In this document: positions 21,361 through 33,049 of the stretch, in pieces
Position numbering within the stretch: position 1 is the stretch's first letter
Layout of the letters: each line of letters begins with the position of its first letter
Virus record (IMG/VR): IMGVR_UViG_3300044613_001897
From: a virus
DNA length: 64,000 nt
Reading direction: 5' to 3' (one strand)
Program-made: the position numbers and the translations under genes
Notes under the pieces: model-generated
Databases searched by the model: none
What the model was told of the DNA's origin: nothing
What the model saw: the letters and a program-made list of their open reading frames with translations, nothing else

Positions 21361-23363
21361 TGCAAATTAATAATCAATAAGTTATATATATAAAAAGTGC
21401 TATATCTTAAAAAGTATTAAAAAATGCACAAAAGGTTGTTTTTATGGATTATTATACCTATCTTTAAGTATAAGGTTAAAATAAAAAAAAATACAAATAT
21501 GAAAGGACAATATGTAATAATAGACCTTCGGAATATGGACTTTATGAAAAATAATGAAGGTAAGATAATATATTATGATACCGAAGATGAAGCGTGTTCT
21601 ACTTGTGGAATGTATGAGTTTGAAGATGCTTGGGTAATGAAATTGATATACAATCATATCGAAGCGAAACTCACGGTCAGTTCGTATTAAGGGATCATAT
21701 TAAGGAAAGTTTTATATCTTAAAAAGTATTAAAAGTTACCAGAATATTTGGTATTACGGAATAAAGTCCTTATATTTAAGTATATTATTAATTAACAAAT
21801 AAAAATTGACAAATGACAAAATCAACAATCTTCGGTACAAGTAAAGGATATGATATCCAGTTAGGTAACGTATACGAGTCTGACAAGGCAGTTACCTTGT
21901 TCCCGAGACAATCAGGTAAAGATGAACATGCTATTAAAGATGCTATGGGATTCAAGGTACTGGAGCTTAATAAAGCTGGTAGACGATTTACTTGTGAATT
22001 CTTTAATAGCAATCGTAAAGTAATCGCCACAAGAAAGGTGTATAGAGAGTATGTAGAAGCAATGATAGATCAAATGTCACTTGAAGTAGGAACTATTCAA
22101 CCAGTAGAGGTTGAGGCTACTGAAGTGGTGTCTGCATAAGATATAGAGTAAGGGCGATGCATGAGTCTCGCAGAAGCAGCGTTGCCCACTCTTTTAAAAG
22201 CTGTCGGTGAGTTAAACCGTCTTAAACAATCCGAAAGTGGGAATTGGTTGTGGATATTATGTTCCTGCATGGTGGTGTTTTCACTATATCTAAACATCTT
22301 TATAACCGGGTTGCAACCCATATAGAGCTCTGTGAAAAATATTAAATTAAAACCATTGGTTCTGCCGGGCCACTTCGGACCGCCGCCAGGGTCCATTAAC
22401 AGGCTCTGGCAAGCGAGGGCCATTAACCGGTATATAAGCTGGGGTAGTGCAGTTGTGAAAATAAGCCTGACTGATCATTGGGTGCCACAGCTGCACAATT
22501 ATTTTTAAACTAATTAACTAAACTATATGTCTGTACAGATATCTAAAAATTGGAATTATATCCCCAGAGCATCAGATTGGAACCCTTCTGCAGAGCGATG
22601 GAAAAAGAATGCTGATGAAAGAGTCGCAGTGGCTAACTTAAAGCATAAACTGTTTAAAGAATTGCGTGAAGCAGGCTATGACCCAAAAAAGCGAATGAAC
22701 TTATCTGAACCATTCAAAGCTGTTATCTGGTAATATTTTATTGTTTTAACCGTAGGCGGTCCAGGCACATTAGTGTCGGGACTTTCCTATGTTAGATATC
22801 CCTTGTATGGGTATTAATGGGTCTGACCCTTGTTTCCCTTGTTTGTACCGTATACGGAGGTCATATTAAACTTTTTTATAATATCTTAAAATTTCTTAAA
22901 AGTTTCTCAAAAGGTTGGTTATTCGGTATATAATACCTATCTTTAAGTATAAGGTTAAATAATATGAAAACAATGACAATCAAAGTATTAAGCGAGCAAA
23001 GTGCTCACTCTACAGAAGACTTATTAAAATGCTATGCTGATGCTATCGAGAATGAGACAGGTATCGCACCTAAGAGTTTATTCCCCTTTCAATTCGAGAA
23101 TTATGAGATATCATATGACTCAAAGCTTAATAAGACTCTTATATCACTGCATAACTTTTATGTACTGTATGAGGGTGATATGGGTACAGTAACTCTAGTT
23201 AACAATAATGACGAGAAAGGTTGGTTTTTTGCTTATTAATAGCATCATATAAGGCTTTTTCCTAATATCTTAAAAAGTCTTAAAAAATGACCAAACGGTT
23301 GTTTTAACCAGAAAAAGGTATTATATTTAAGTATAAGGTTAAATAATTAAAAATAAAACAAAA

Positions 23364-24170
23364 ATGACAAAAATGACAGAATTACAATTGACACCAGCAG
23401 AATTAGAAATGATAACCATTAAAAGAGAGCAAGAGGAATTAGCTAAAAAAGAGCAGCAATTGAAAAAACAATTAGAACTACAGTCTGAGATTGCTGCTGC
23501 TGAAAAAGCTATAGCATCTTTAATAGCTGAAGATGATAAACAGATAGCAGCAGCTAAAGCGTTCGGTCCCAAATTACCAGGTTGGAATTTAGAAATCAGA
23601 ACTAGGCCTGACCAGAAAATGGTAAAGAATAGTTGGGAAGATGCAGATCCAATTTGGTCTAAGACATTTGAAAGAAGAACTGCTGTGATTACCTATAAGA
23701 ACTTTACTATAGAAGTTAGTAAGCATATAGTATATAGTTCTAGTTGGAGATCAAGAGGAGAAGATAAAGGATATAAAATGTCTCTTCTGGGTCCTGATGT
23801 AGATTATACATATAGAAGTAAAATGCTTATTAATCCAGCAACCATTATTAAAAAGGTAGAAGAGATTGAATCAGCTAAAAAAGCTAAAGAAGAAGCTAAA
23901 GCTAAACAATTATCAGCAGTAGAGTCTACCATAGCAAAGCTTAAAGCTACTTATAATGATGCTACTATAGTAGAAGGAACATCAGGAGCTTATAGCAATC
24001 CATATAGTAGAAAAGATTGGATTAACTATCCTATAGTTACAGTAACTCTTGCTAATGGAGTTAAAGTAGTATATAGAATTTATTCAGATGGTAGCTTAGG
24101 TAGATTAGAAATCACTTTCCCTAACCAAAAGGATGCTTATAGTTTGTTATCAGCATTGAATACCATATAA
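23364..24170 (+). CDS. Hypothetical early protein with coiled coils
   Basis: Long ORF behind a promoter module. Confidence 0.6.
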   Translation: MTKMTELQLTPAELEMITIKREQEELAKKEQQLKKQLELQSEIAAAEKAIASLIAEDDKQIAAAKAFGPKLPGWNLEIRTRPDQKMVKNSWEDADPIWSKTFERRTAVITYKNFTIEVSKHIVYSSSWRSRGEDKGYKMSLLGPDVDYTYRSKMLINPATIIKKVEEIESAKKAKEEAKAKQLSAVESTIAKLKATYNDATIVEGTSGAYSNPYSRKDWINYPIVTVTLANGVKVVYRIYSDGSLGRLEITFPNQKDAYSLLSALNTI

Positions 24171-24889
24171 TATATTAGGGTACCTAATAGCATAAGTATA
24201 TTAGGGTCCGTGTAGGGGGCTGGTAGGGTACCTAAGTAAAACTCTTTAGCCCCCTATCAAACCCTATAGCCCCCAAGAATAGGGTATAATAACCATATAA
24301 CCGACGGTCCTAAAGGGGCTTGGGTCCTGCTATACCTGTATTCATATTGTACATAATTTTTTCTATGGGGGAAAAATCCTTAATGTACTACACTGCATAC
24401 CCTATTACTACTATACTTATATATAGTATCTAATTATGGTCTGCCGGCCCTAAACTCCCATATATGGTTTTTCATTAATATCTTAAAATTTCTTAAAAAA
24501 TGACATTTCGGTTGGTATTATGGTATATTATCCTTACATTTAAGTATATTAATTAAATAATAAAAAAAGACTACTATGAGTTCTGAAATTCGCTCTTTAC
24601 TTAACCTTATTTTTAAGATGTGTATATATGGTATAACCATTTGTTTATTAGGGATATTTGTACGACCATTACTTAATCCTAATATACCGAGTGAAATTAT
24701 ATTTACTGTATTTGGTTCTATTGCTACTTGGTTGGCTGTGGGAGCTAGGATCGATTAATTAAAAACCAGAATTATGAAAATACTAAATGAACTATATCTT
24801 AAAAAGTATTAAAATTTTAGAAAAAGGTTGGTATTACGGTATATTATCCTTACATTTAATAATATTAAAAGATAAAAAAAGGTTAAAAT

Positions 24890-26218
24890 ATGGAAACTAC
24901 AAAAAAATTGACAGTCGAGGGCTATAGGTCCCACGCTCAGAGATTTATAGCTAAAGGTATAGATTGGAGTAATCCTCCGAGCGATGATACTATGCGGAAT
25001 GCTGTGTTAAATTTATACGACTATTGTGGATATAAAAGGCCGGAGGTCTTTATTGTGGATTCCACTTATAGCGCAAAAATTTTATTTGATAAAGTAGGTA
25101 AAGACTTACTGTTATCTAATATTAAAGAAAATGCTCTAGAGCATATACGTAGATTATTGAATGCTATAGATAAAGAGATAGAGAATAATCTTAGTTGTGA
25201 TAATATTGAGACTGTAGACTATAATGACCAAAATAATTTTGATAGGGCAATATGTCGTTTATGGGATGAAGCAAGGGTTATCAACCCTCTATGTATGAGT
25301 TTAGGTACCGTTCTTGATAGATGGGATAGTAACTATGAAGTGGATATTTTTTCTGAACATTTAACTGATCATAGGCTTGGATTGCTTACGATATCAGAAT
25401 TGGATTATATAAAGTCTGTCGTTAATCCGTTTGCTAAGTATAACGAGTTTTTTGAATTATATAAAGATTTCACTCTTAATATTTTTACTGCTATTATGCT
25501 TAAGAATATTTGTATTGTAGTGCGTAAGCCTGTAGCGCTGCACATTAATACTGGAGAGCTGCCTGGATTTGGGCTTTGGAGTATGAATAATGTAAATGGG
25601 CCTGCCGTGGAGTATATGGATGGATACTCCAGATATTTTATTAATGGATTAGAACTTACAGAAGAGTTGTTTAATAAGTTAAGTAGTAAAGAGTATACTT
25701 TAGAAGACTTATTGGCGGAACCTAATGAGGAGAGAAAGGCTGCTGCTTTGTTATTCTATCAAACAAAATTTGGTGATGAGTTTGTGTTTAGATTTTTGTC
25801 CGATAAATTAAAAAAGGTAAGTTCTTATGTAGATAAAAAGCCTATACAATATATGGATGGCACTACTAAAGGAATGAATATTGGAGTGTATACTTTATTT
25901 AAAGGTAGAGTAACCTCAAGTAATAGTAACACTAGAGTAGCTTATGTGCGGTGTTATTGCCCTTCCACAGATAGAATGTTCTTTTTAGGGACAGATCCTA
26001 AAGTAAAAACTGCTAAGGATGCTATAGCTGCATTATATAGAATACCTAAAGTTTTAGTAAATGATATTATGGAAATTAGAAGGCAGGGCGAAAGGTTTTC
26101 TACAGTACTCACTCCTAAAGGTAATAGAATAGCTAAAAAATTAACGGAGGAGGAGTTAAGTGATATGGTACCAATCTCGGGCGATGAATATTTTAGTAAA
26201 ATTACTTATGAATATTAA
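24890..26218 (+). CDS. DUF6745-like domain protein
   Basis: GPAVEYMDGYSRYFING, EPNEERK and YVRCYCPSTDRMFFL motifs. Confidence 0.6.
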   Translation: METTKKLTVEGYRSHAQRFIAKGIDWSNPPSDDTMRNAVLNLYDYCGYKRPEVFIVDSTYSAKILFDKVGKDLLLSNIKENALEHIRRLLNAIDKEIENNLSCDNIETVDYNDQNNFDRAICRLWDEARVINPLCMSLGTVLDRWDSNYEVDIFSEHLTDHRLGLLTISELDYIKSVVNPFAKYNEFFELYKDFTLNIFTAIMLKNICIVVRKPVALHINTGELPGFGLWSMNNVNGPAVEYMDGYSRYFINGLELTEELFNKLSSKEYTLEDLLAEPNEERKAAALLFYQTKFGDEFVFRFLSDKLKKVSSYVDKKPIQYMDGTTKGMNIGVYTLFKGRVTSSNSNTRVAYVRCYCPSTDRMFFLGTDPKVKTAKDAIAALYRIPKVLVNDIMEIRRQGERFSTVLTPKGNRIAKKLTEEELSDMVPISGDEYFSKITYEY

Positions 26219-26273
26219 TTTGGTTTCCTGCAGAATTATACTTAGATTTATTAAACATTAAAAATAAAATAAA

Positions 26274-26507
26274 ATGAAAACAATGACAAAAGTAAATGTA
26301 GCTCCAAGCTCTACTTCCGGACATTATATTGAGAACGCGAAAAATGTAGTAGCATTGGATACTGTGCGTGAGGTATTTTTTGTAGATGGTCCTAGCATTT
26401 TGACCTCGCAAAATCATACTACAGTTAAAAATGAAACTGACTGTATAATTACTCCGCAGGATGTATATAATCCATTTTCTAAGAGATGGGCGATGGCTAG
26501 AGACTAA
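26274..26507 (+). CDS. Small partner protein of the DUF6745-like gene
   Basis: SGH...H...YNPF..ARD pattern; adjacent position. Confidence 0.45.
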   Translation: MKTMTKVNVAPSSTSGHYIENAKNVVALDTVREVFFVDGPSILTSQNHTTVKNETDCIITPQDVYNPFSKRWAMARD

Positions 26508-27561
26508 AATTTTAATTATGACTCAGTTAACATTAACACACTTATGGATTGATAATGGCCTTTTGTTGGCTAATGATAGGATCCATGGGCTGTTGGTGTT
26601 AACTACTGAGCATACCTTCAATACTATGACTAATGACTCGCTTAAACGTAATTGGGCTGTAAATAGTTATGGGGTTAAGTATAGAAAAATACGTGCGCAG
26701 AAGCGGTGTTATATTGCTACTCCTATAGAAGTACTTAAGGAGTGTATTTCCGATACTGAGATATATAGTTTAGTGCAGGACTCATTTTACAATACATATT
26801 GAAAAACATTATATATCCCACTACATATTATAATTTTTTACTATATCTTAAAAAGTATTAAAATTTAAACATTTAGATAAAAAAGGTTGGTTTTTGAGCA
26901 TTTAGTACTTATCTTTAAGTATAAGGTTAAAATAATAAAGAATATGAAAAAGACGCAAAAAGCTAAAATGGTTATAGTACCAATGGCACATCCAAAGTTT
27001 GGTATAGTATATCAATTGAATGAGGGTAACTCGGTATATGGGCAGTATGCTTCTCAAGCAGCAGCAGAAGTTATTAAGCTAAAAGTGCTAAGACTGCGCG
27101 AGGAGATTAAGATTATTGATGCTACACAAAACACTCAATTAGAAGTAGAACTTTAACATATTAACCATATTTCTAATATCTTAAAAAGTATTAAAAATTT
27201 GGCTTTTTGATATAATTTCCCTACATTTAAGTATAAGGATTAATTAATAAACAATAAAAAACAAAAAGTTATGATACCAAACGCATTAACAAAGAGCTCA
27301 GGGTCTTTAAGCAAAAAAGGGGACCAAATTATCGAAGGATTGATAGCTAAATATCCAAATGCTAACCCAAGAAGCTTAGCAGTTCTTATAAGCAATTCTT
27401 TAAAAGAAAACAGAATCCACGGATGCAGAGTGCGACCAGATGAAAAGCATGTACACGTATATGTAAAAGGTTCTGAATACGTTTACAGAATTTCTAAATA
27501 GAATTTGGTATTTTGAAATAATTTACTTAGATTTAATAATAACAATAAAACCTATATAACA

Positions 27562-28734
27562 ATGACACAAGAAATTATTTGTACTGTAGTACAAGAAGGA
27601 AGATTCGTAAAAGCGTATGACGCTAAAGGAAATGATATTAGTAAAATAGTCCCGCAGAAACTTAGATTGGAGGCACGCGCCTTAGGTTGTGGTATTATTG
27701 GTAATGGTGACAACTGGCGATTATCAACAGATGCTGCGCAGCCAATAACTAATATAGCGCCTGAGGTAACCTATAAAGAGCCTGTAGTGATGGAATTGAA
27801 AGCTACTAATAAAGTGGACTCTGCTGAGGTTACTAATGTAGTTGAGTTTATCCATAAGGAATCTGCTAACCTTAGACCTAAGCATTTTTTTATGACAGAC
27901 TTGAAATGGAAATATCTAGTTCGAGCAGTTATGCGAGGTAAAAATATTATGATGACGGGACCGAGTGGTACCGGTAAGACTATGGCGGTTAAGCATTTAG
28001 TTGAGTCTTTACAGCGACCTTTCTACTATTTTAACTTAGGCTCAACACAAGATCCTAGATCTACCTTAATCGGTAATACACACTTCAAGAAAGATGAAGG
28101 TACTTATTTTGCTCAATCATTATTTGTGTCAGCTATGCAGACTGAAAATGCAGTTATACTTTTAGATGAGATTTCTAGAGCGCATCCTGAAGCTTGGAAT
28201 ATTTTAATGACTGTGCTAGATCCTAACCAAAAATATTTGCGCTTAGATGAGAAAGATAACTCTCCTACAATTAAGGTTGCTAATAATGTATCTTTCATTG
28301 CGACTGCTAATATTGGTAATGACTATACTTCTACTAGAACTATGGACCGAGCATTACTAGATAGGTTTATTACTGTTGAAATGGATGTGCTTAATAAAGA
28401 AGAAGAAACTACTTTATTGACAATGTTATATCCGACTGCTGATAAAGGTACTGTAAGTACTATTGCAGAGATTGCAGACATTACTAGAAAAACTGTGCGG
28501 TCTGAAAATCCTAGAATTTCTACTAGCTTATCGACTCGTGCTACTGTTGAGATGGGCTCACTATTAGTAGACGGATTTAATTTGCAAGAAATTGCTGAGG
28601 TGGCCATTTATCCTTTCTATTCTGAGGATGGTGGTGTAGAGTCTGAAAGAACTTATATGAAGCAATTGGTTCAAAAGTATATCACTACTACAGATAAAAA
28701 GTTATTTGATACTAATGACGCTAATCCATTTTAA
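27562..28734 (+). CDS. MoxR/CobS-like AAA+ ATPase
   Basis: GPSGTGKT Walker A, ILLDEISR Walker B, IATAN, DRALLDRF. Confidence 0.92.
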   Translation: MTQEIICTVVQEGRFVKAYDAKGNDISKIVPQKLRLEARALGCGIIGNGDNWRLSTDAAQPITNIAPEVTYKEPVVMELKATNKVDSAEVTNVVEFIHKESANLRPKHFFMTDLKWKYLVRAVMRGKNIMMTGPSGTGKTMAVKHLVESLQRPFYYFNLGSTQDPRSTLIGNTHFKKDEGTYFAQSLFVSAMQTENAVILLDEISRAHPEAWNILMTVLDPNQKYLRLDEKDNSPTIKVANNVSFIATANIGNDYTSTRTMDRALLDRFITVEMDVLNKEEETTLLTMLYPTADKGTVSTIAEIADITRKTVRSENPRISTSLSTRATVEMGSLLVDGFNLQEIAEVAIYPFYSEDGGVESERTYMKQLVQKYITTTDKKLFDTNDANPF

Positions 28735-28747
28735 TATTGTTATATAG

Positions 28748-28795
28748 GTCCTGGGCATTGGATAGTAGTAATATACTATCCGGCCCGGGTTTCTA
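28748..28795 (+). terminator. Stem-loop / probable terminator
   Basis: CCTGGGC..TGGATAGTA-loop-TACTATCCGGCCCGGG followed by TTT. Confidence 0.55.
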
Positions 28796-28929
28796 TGATA
28801 TCTATAACTCAACAACTGCGTCGAGTATCCATATAATAAAAAAGTTTAATATCTTAAAAAGTATTAAAATTTGAGATAAAATTTGGTTTTTTGATACAAT
28901 TTCCCTACATTTAAGTATAAGGTTAAAAT

Positions 28930-31047
28930 ATGAAAGTGATTAAAAAATTACCCACAATTACAAACGGTTATAGCACATCCAAATATTGGATAGACGACTA
29001 TACTTACGAAAGATTAGAAAGTACAGGTACGGATATTATAGCATTAGCCAGCTTCCAAAAGGCGATAGCAAACTTTGTCAGAATTACTACCGGGGTAGAT
29101 ATTCCTGTAAAGTATAATACTAAAGATTCTAGTTTTACAGATGGTGAGGTGGTTGTGTTATCTGCTAAATTGGATGACAAATTATTTGACTGTAATGTGG
29201 GCTTAGCTTTACATGAGGGCAGCCACTGTTTATTAACTGACTTCAAGGCACTTAGACGTCTTGTAGACGGTAACCATCCAAAAGTTCATAAATTTATAAA
29301 TGCTGCTCTAGAAAAACATATTGGAGATGCAGAGCAAAAACTTAATGCTTCTATAAACTGGCGCGAACGTTTGAAATATATTCTAAATATAGTAGAGGAT
29401 AGGCGTATAGATAACTATGTGTATAATGCTGCGCCTGGGTATCGAGGGTACTATTTAGCTATGTATGAACAATACTTTAATAATAAAGAGGTTGATGCTG
29501 CATTGATTAAAAATAAGATGTGCACGCCTGATTATGATGGGTATATATTTCATCTATGCAATATTATGAACCCTAATCGAAATTTGAATGCGCTACCTAA
29601 GTTACAAAAGCTATGGGACACATTAGATTTATATAATATTTCTAGAATTCAAAGTACAGAAGATGCTATTGATATAACTCTTCAGTTAGCTTCAATTATA
29701 GAAGATGAATTATTATATATTGATGAGGATACTACTCCAGGTATGAATCCTAATTCGAGTACAGAAGATCCTGAGCAAGAAGAAAATGATCCTGGGCAAT
29801 CAGAGGATGGCTCCGATATATCAGAATCCGATGAATCTAAGGATGGTTCTGGAGATGGTGCTGCTGATAATGGTAATCCTTTAGATCGAGTTGATGTGTC
29901 TCCACAACGTAGTCAATCAGCAAAACAAAAATCTAAAGTATCAACTACCGATAAGAAGGAGGAAAAGAAACTGCAGGATGCAATACAAAAACAAAAGGAT
30001 TTTTTGGATGGTGATGTAAATAAAAAGTCAGTTAATAAAAAAGAATTCCAGCAATTAGATACGATTAATTCTGGAGATGTTTCTGTAGAAAATGTGTTTG
30101 ATAAAAAGACTGATTGTATTGTTATAAATCGAATCACAGAAGCTACTATGAGTATGTTTCCAAACATCTTTACATATGATTATACTGCATTTAAAAAATC
30201 AGGAGGTGTTTATAACCCGGATGGTAAAAGTCGTGCACAACGTAATTTTAATGCAGTCACTGAGGGTATTATGCTTGGTGCAATGCTAGGTCGTAAACTT
30301 AAGCTTAGAAATGAAGATAACTCGTTAAGTACAACTAGGTTACGTGATGGTAAGATAGATAGAAGATTGATTGCTGATCTAGGGTATGGTGCCGAGGCTG
30401 TATTTTCTAAAATAGTACATAAGACTGTCAACCCAGTATTTATTCATTATTCAATAGATGCATCAGGTAGTATGTCTGGAACCGCATTCTATAATGCGTT
30501 AAAGTCTGCAGCTGCAATTGCTAAGGCAGCATCTATGATAAAAGGTGTGAATGTACAAATAAGTTTTAGAATAACGACAGAATTAAATGGCCAAGTAAAA
30601 CCTGCTATTGTTATAGGATATGATTCTAAAAAGAATACTTTACAACATTTAACATCCAAAATGTATTTGGTGGACGCGAATGGATCGACGCCAGAAGGTC
30701 TTTGCTTTGAAGCTATATATAAGACAATGACTACAGCATTAAAACGAAATGTTGATGGTATCTTTATTAATATATCTGACGGCGAGCCTGCATTTGGTGG
30801 TAGAGGAGTAAGCTATAGTGGTAATATGGCTTTAGAACATACAAGAACTCAAGTTGAGCGTTTTAGAAATGCTGGATATAAAATCTTAAGTTATTTTGTT
30901 TGTTCAGATACCTATTGGAATGCTAGGATTAAACGAGACTTTATTCATATGTATGGTAAAGATTCTCAATTTATAGATCCTGTTAATCTTAATGATTTAG
31001 CTAAAAGTTTAAATAGTACTTTACTAGCTCCGGTATATGGTAACTAA
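28930..31047 (+). CDS. CobT-like metallopeptidase-vWA protein
   Basis: HEGSH (HExxH), NIVEDRRID, acidic linker, MIDAS DASGSM, TPE, ISDG. Confidence 0.88.
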   Translation: MKVIKKLPTITNGYSTSKYWIDDYTYERLESTGTDIIALASFQKAIANFVRITTGVDIPVKYNTKDSSFTDGEVVVLSAKLDDKLFDCNVGLALHEGSHCLLTDFKALRRLVDGNHPKVHKFINAALEKHIGDAEQKLNASINWRERLKYILNIVEDRRIDNYVYNAAPGYRGYYLAMYEQYFNNKEVDAALIKNKMCTPDYDGYIFHLCNIMNPNRNLNALPKLQKLWDTLDLYNISRIQSTEDAIDITLQLASIIEDELLYIDEDTTPGMNPNSSTEDPEQEENDPGQSEDGSDISESDESKDGSGDGAADNGNPLDRVDVSPQRSQSAKQKSKVSTTDKKEEKKLQDAIQKQKDFLDGDVNKKSVNKKEFQQLDTINSGDVSVENVFDKKTDCIVINRITEATMSMFPNIFTYDYTAFKKSGGVYNPDGKSRAQRNFNAVTEGIMLGAMLGRKLKLRNEDNSLSTTRLRDGKIDRRLIADLGYGAEAVFSKIVHKTVNPVFIHYSIDASGSMSGTAFYNALKSAAAIAKAASMIKGVNVQISFRITTELNGQVKPAIVIGYDSKKNTLQHLTSKMYLVDANGSTPEGLCFEAIYKTMTTALKRNVDGIFINISDGEPAFGGRGVSYSGNMALEHTRTQVERFRNAGYKILSYFVCSDTYWNARIKRDFIHMYGKDSQFIDPVNLNDLAKSLNSTLLAPVYGN

Positions 31048-31489
31048 TATTGAATCTATATGGAATGCAGTACTGCAGTATGCTAATAGCAATGGTGTGA
31101 CAGTATTGATACAAGGTAAAGCAGCTGAGTTTGATCCTGCTTCTAATATTATATACATACCCAAACGACATTCGCATACAGTACCAGGATTAGTAATGCT
31201 AATCCATGAGTTGGGTCATATAGGGCAGACACTACCGCCGTTCCCTATTAATACCCTAAAAGGGCAGAAGGCTGCTATTATATGGTATGAGCATAATGCT
31301 TGGGATAATGGGTGGAATTTGATAGTCGAATATCAAATACAAGATCTACTTTATATACCGTATAGTATTGACCGATTAAATTGTATGCATAGCTATATGG
31401 ATTACATTTATAAAAAAGCTAGCACTAAACAGATACGGTCTTTATTTGAAGGATACACTGCACTAATTACTAGATTTACTAATAAATAA
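31037..31489 (+). CDS. HExxH metallopeptidase-like protein
   Basis: IHELGH...EHNAW. Confidence 0.6.
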   Translation: MVTNIESIWNAVLQYANSNGVTVLIQGKAAEFDPASNIIYIPKRHSHTVPGLVMLIHELGHIGQTLPPFPINTLKGQKAAIIWYEHNAWDNGWNLIVEYQIQDLLYIPYSIDRLNCMHSYMDYIYKKASTKQIRSLFEGYTALITRFTNK

Positions 31490-32057
31490 ATTTGGTTTTA
31501 TGAATAATTTTTACTATCTTTAAAGTAATAAAATAAAAAATATGAAAAACAACGCAGAAATGATTGGCACAATACTAGGTGCCCTACTTGTAGTATTGTT
31601 ACAAATAACAATACCTGGTATTATAGTATACCTAACGTATCCCTATATAATAACGGTGATACCTGGATTGGTGAATACAGGCTTTATGGTAAAGAGTATA
31701 TCATTATGGGATAGTATATGTATAACTTTCTTTTTTGATGCATTATTATTTGGATTACATAAACTAACTAAAGCAAAACAAGATAACAAATAAAACTAAA
31801 AACTATGCCAGATTTTACAGTTGATGATATGTCTATAGATGCATACGATTATGTATCTGCATGCGGACCTGAAGAGATTAGAGAACTTATTCAGGAATTA
31901 AAGGACAATGGATATTTAAGCCCAGGTGTATCGGGCACATTGGATGATTGGATCAATCCCGAGTGGCTTGATACAATTAATTTGCTACATTCGAATAAGC
32001 ATAGATTGTCAGTTGAAGATGAAAATATTATACGGTTTATAGCAAGCAAACTCTGAT

Positions 32058-32600
32058 ATGAAAATTATATTTCTAGACCACGATGGTGTAATCTGTTTAC
32101 TAAATAACTTTGGTAGCCGCTCTAAAAAGAATGGTTATATAGGATTAAACAGCTCAGTAGAATCTAGATTTGATAATTTTGATCAAAAAGCAGTTAAAGT
32201 TTTAAATTCAATTATTGAAGAAACAGATTGTGAGATAGTAGTATCTTCAGATTGGCGAACATGGGCTACATTAGAAGAAATGGGTCAATATTATTTATTA
32301 CAGGGTATAATTAAGCAACCTATAGGATATACTACAAGAGTATTACCTGCAGGATTAGTTTATTACCATAGAGATACTGAGTCGGAGGAAACTCGCAGTT
32401 ATGAAATACAAGAATGGTTAAAGGACCATCCAGAAGTAACTAAATGGGTTGCTGTTGATGATCTAAATATGAGTGTACGGTGTATTTTTGATAATGGTGA
32501 TTATATGTGGGGGTTACCAAATTTTGTTTGCACACCAATATCAACTGAGGGAATAAAACAAACAGGAATAAAAGATAAGATAATTTCTTTTTTAAAATAA
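32058..32600 (+). CDS. HAD-family phosphatase (Swiss-army-knife RNA repair-like)
   Basis: IFLDHDGV, IVVSSDWR, EIQEWL, WVAVDD. Confidence 0.85.
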   Translation: MKIIFLDHDGVICLLNNFGSRSKKNGYIGLNSSVESRFDNFDQKAVKVLNSIIEETDCEIVVSSDWRTWATLEEMGQYYLLQGIIKQPIGYTTRVLPAGLVYYHRDTESEETRSYEIQEWLKDHPEVTKWVAVDDLNMSVRCIFDNGDYMWGLPNFVCTPISTEGIKQTGIKDKIISFLK

Positions 32601-33049
32601 TTTGGTTTTCTAAACAAAAATTATTAGCTTTATATAAATTAAATTGTATGAATTACTTTCAAAAATTAGTAGCTGAAAAAGAAGCTCGTGAAAAATTTGA
32701 TCAAGACTCGCAGCGGTTAAAAGAATTAATTTTTACTACTAATGAGTATCATTCATTATATGATGGTCATTTTTTAGATAAGATGAGTGAATTTTTATCG
32801 CAATATAAAAAATCGGTTACTAATAAAATACCTATAACAAAACAAGTATGATAGATATCAATATTATAGTCATATTGTTAGTGATTAATACAATTGCAGT
32901 TACTATTCTATATAGTATTATCAAAACATTAAAAGATCAAATTAGCCAGTTAACGCAATTTAATCGTGAACAGATTATACTTAATAGACATTTGGTAGCT
33001 AATATAACAAAAATTGTAAATAACGAACAAGTAGTTCAAATACCTTATT

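Noticed and set aside
21424-21498. N-terminal extensions of ORFs 21424 and 26887
   Set aside because: They translate promoter-module DNA; likely starts are 21499 and 26944
28801-28812. CTATAACTC as a third attI-like site
   Set aside because: Only a 9 bp match with no other element; chance is likely in AT-rich DNA
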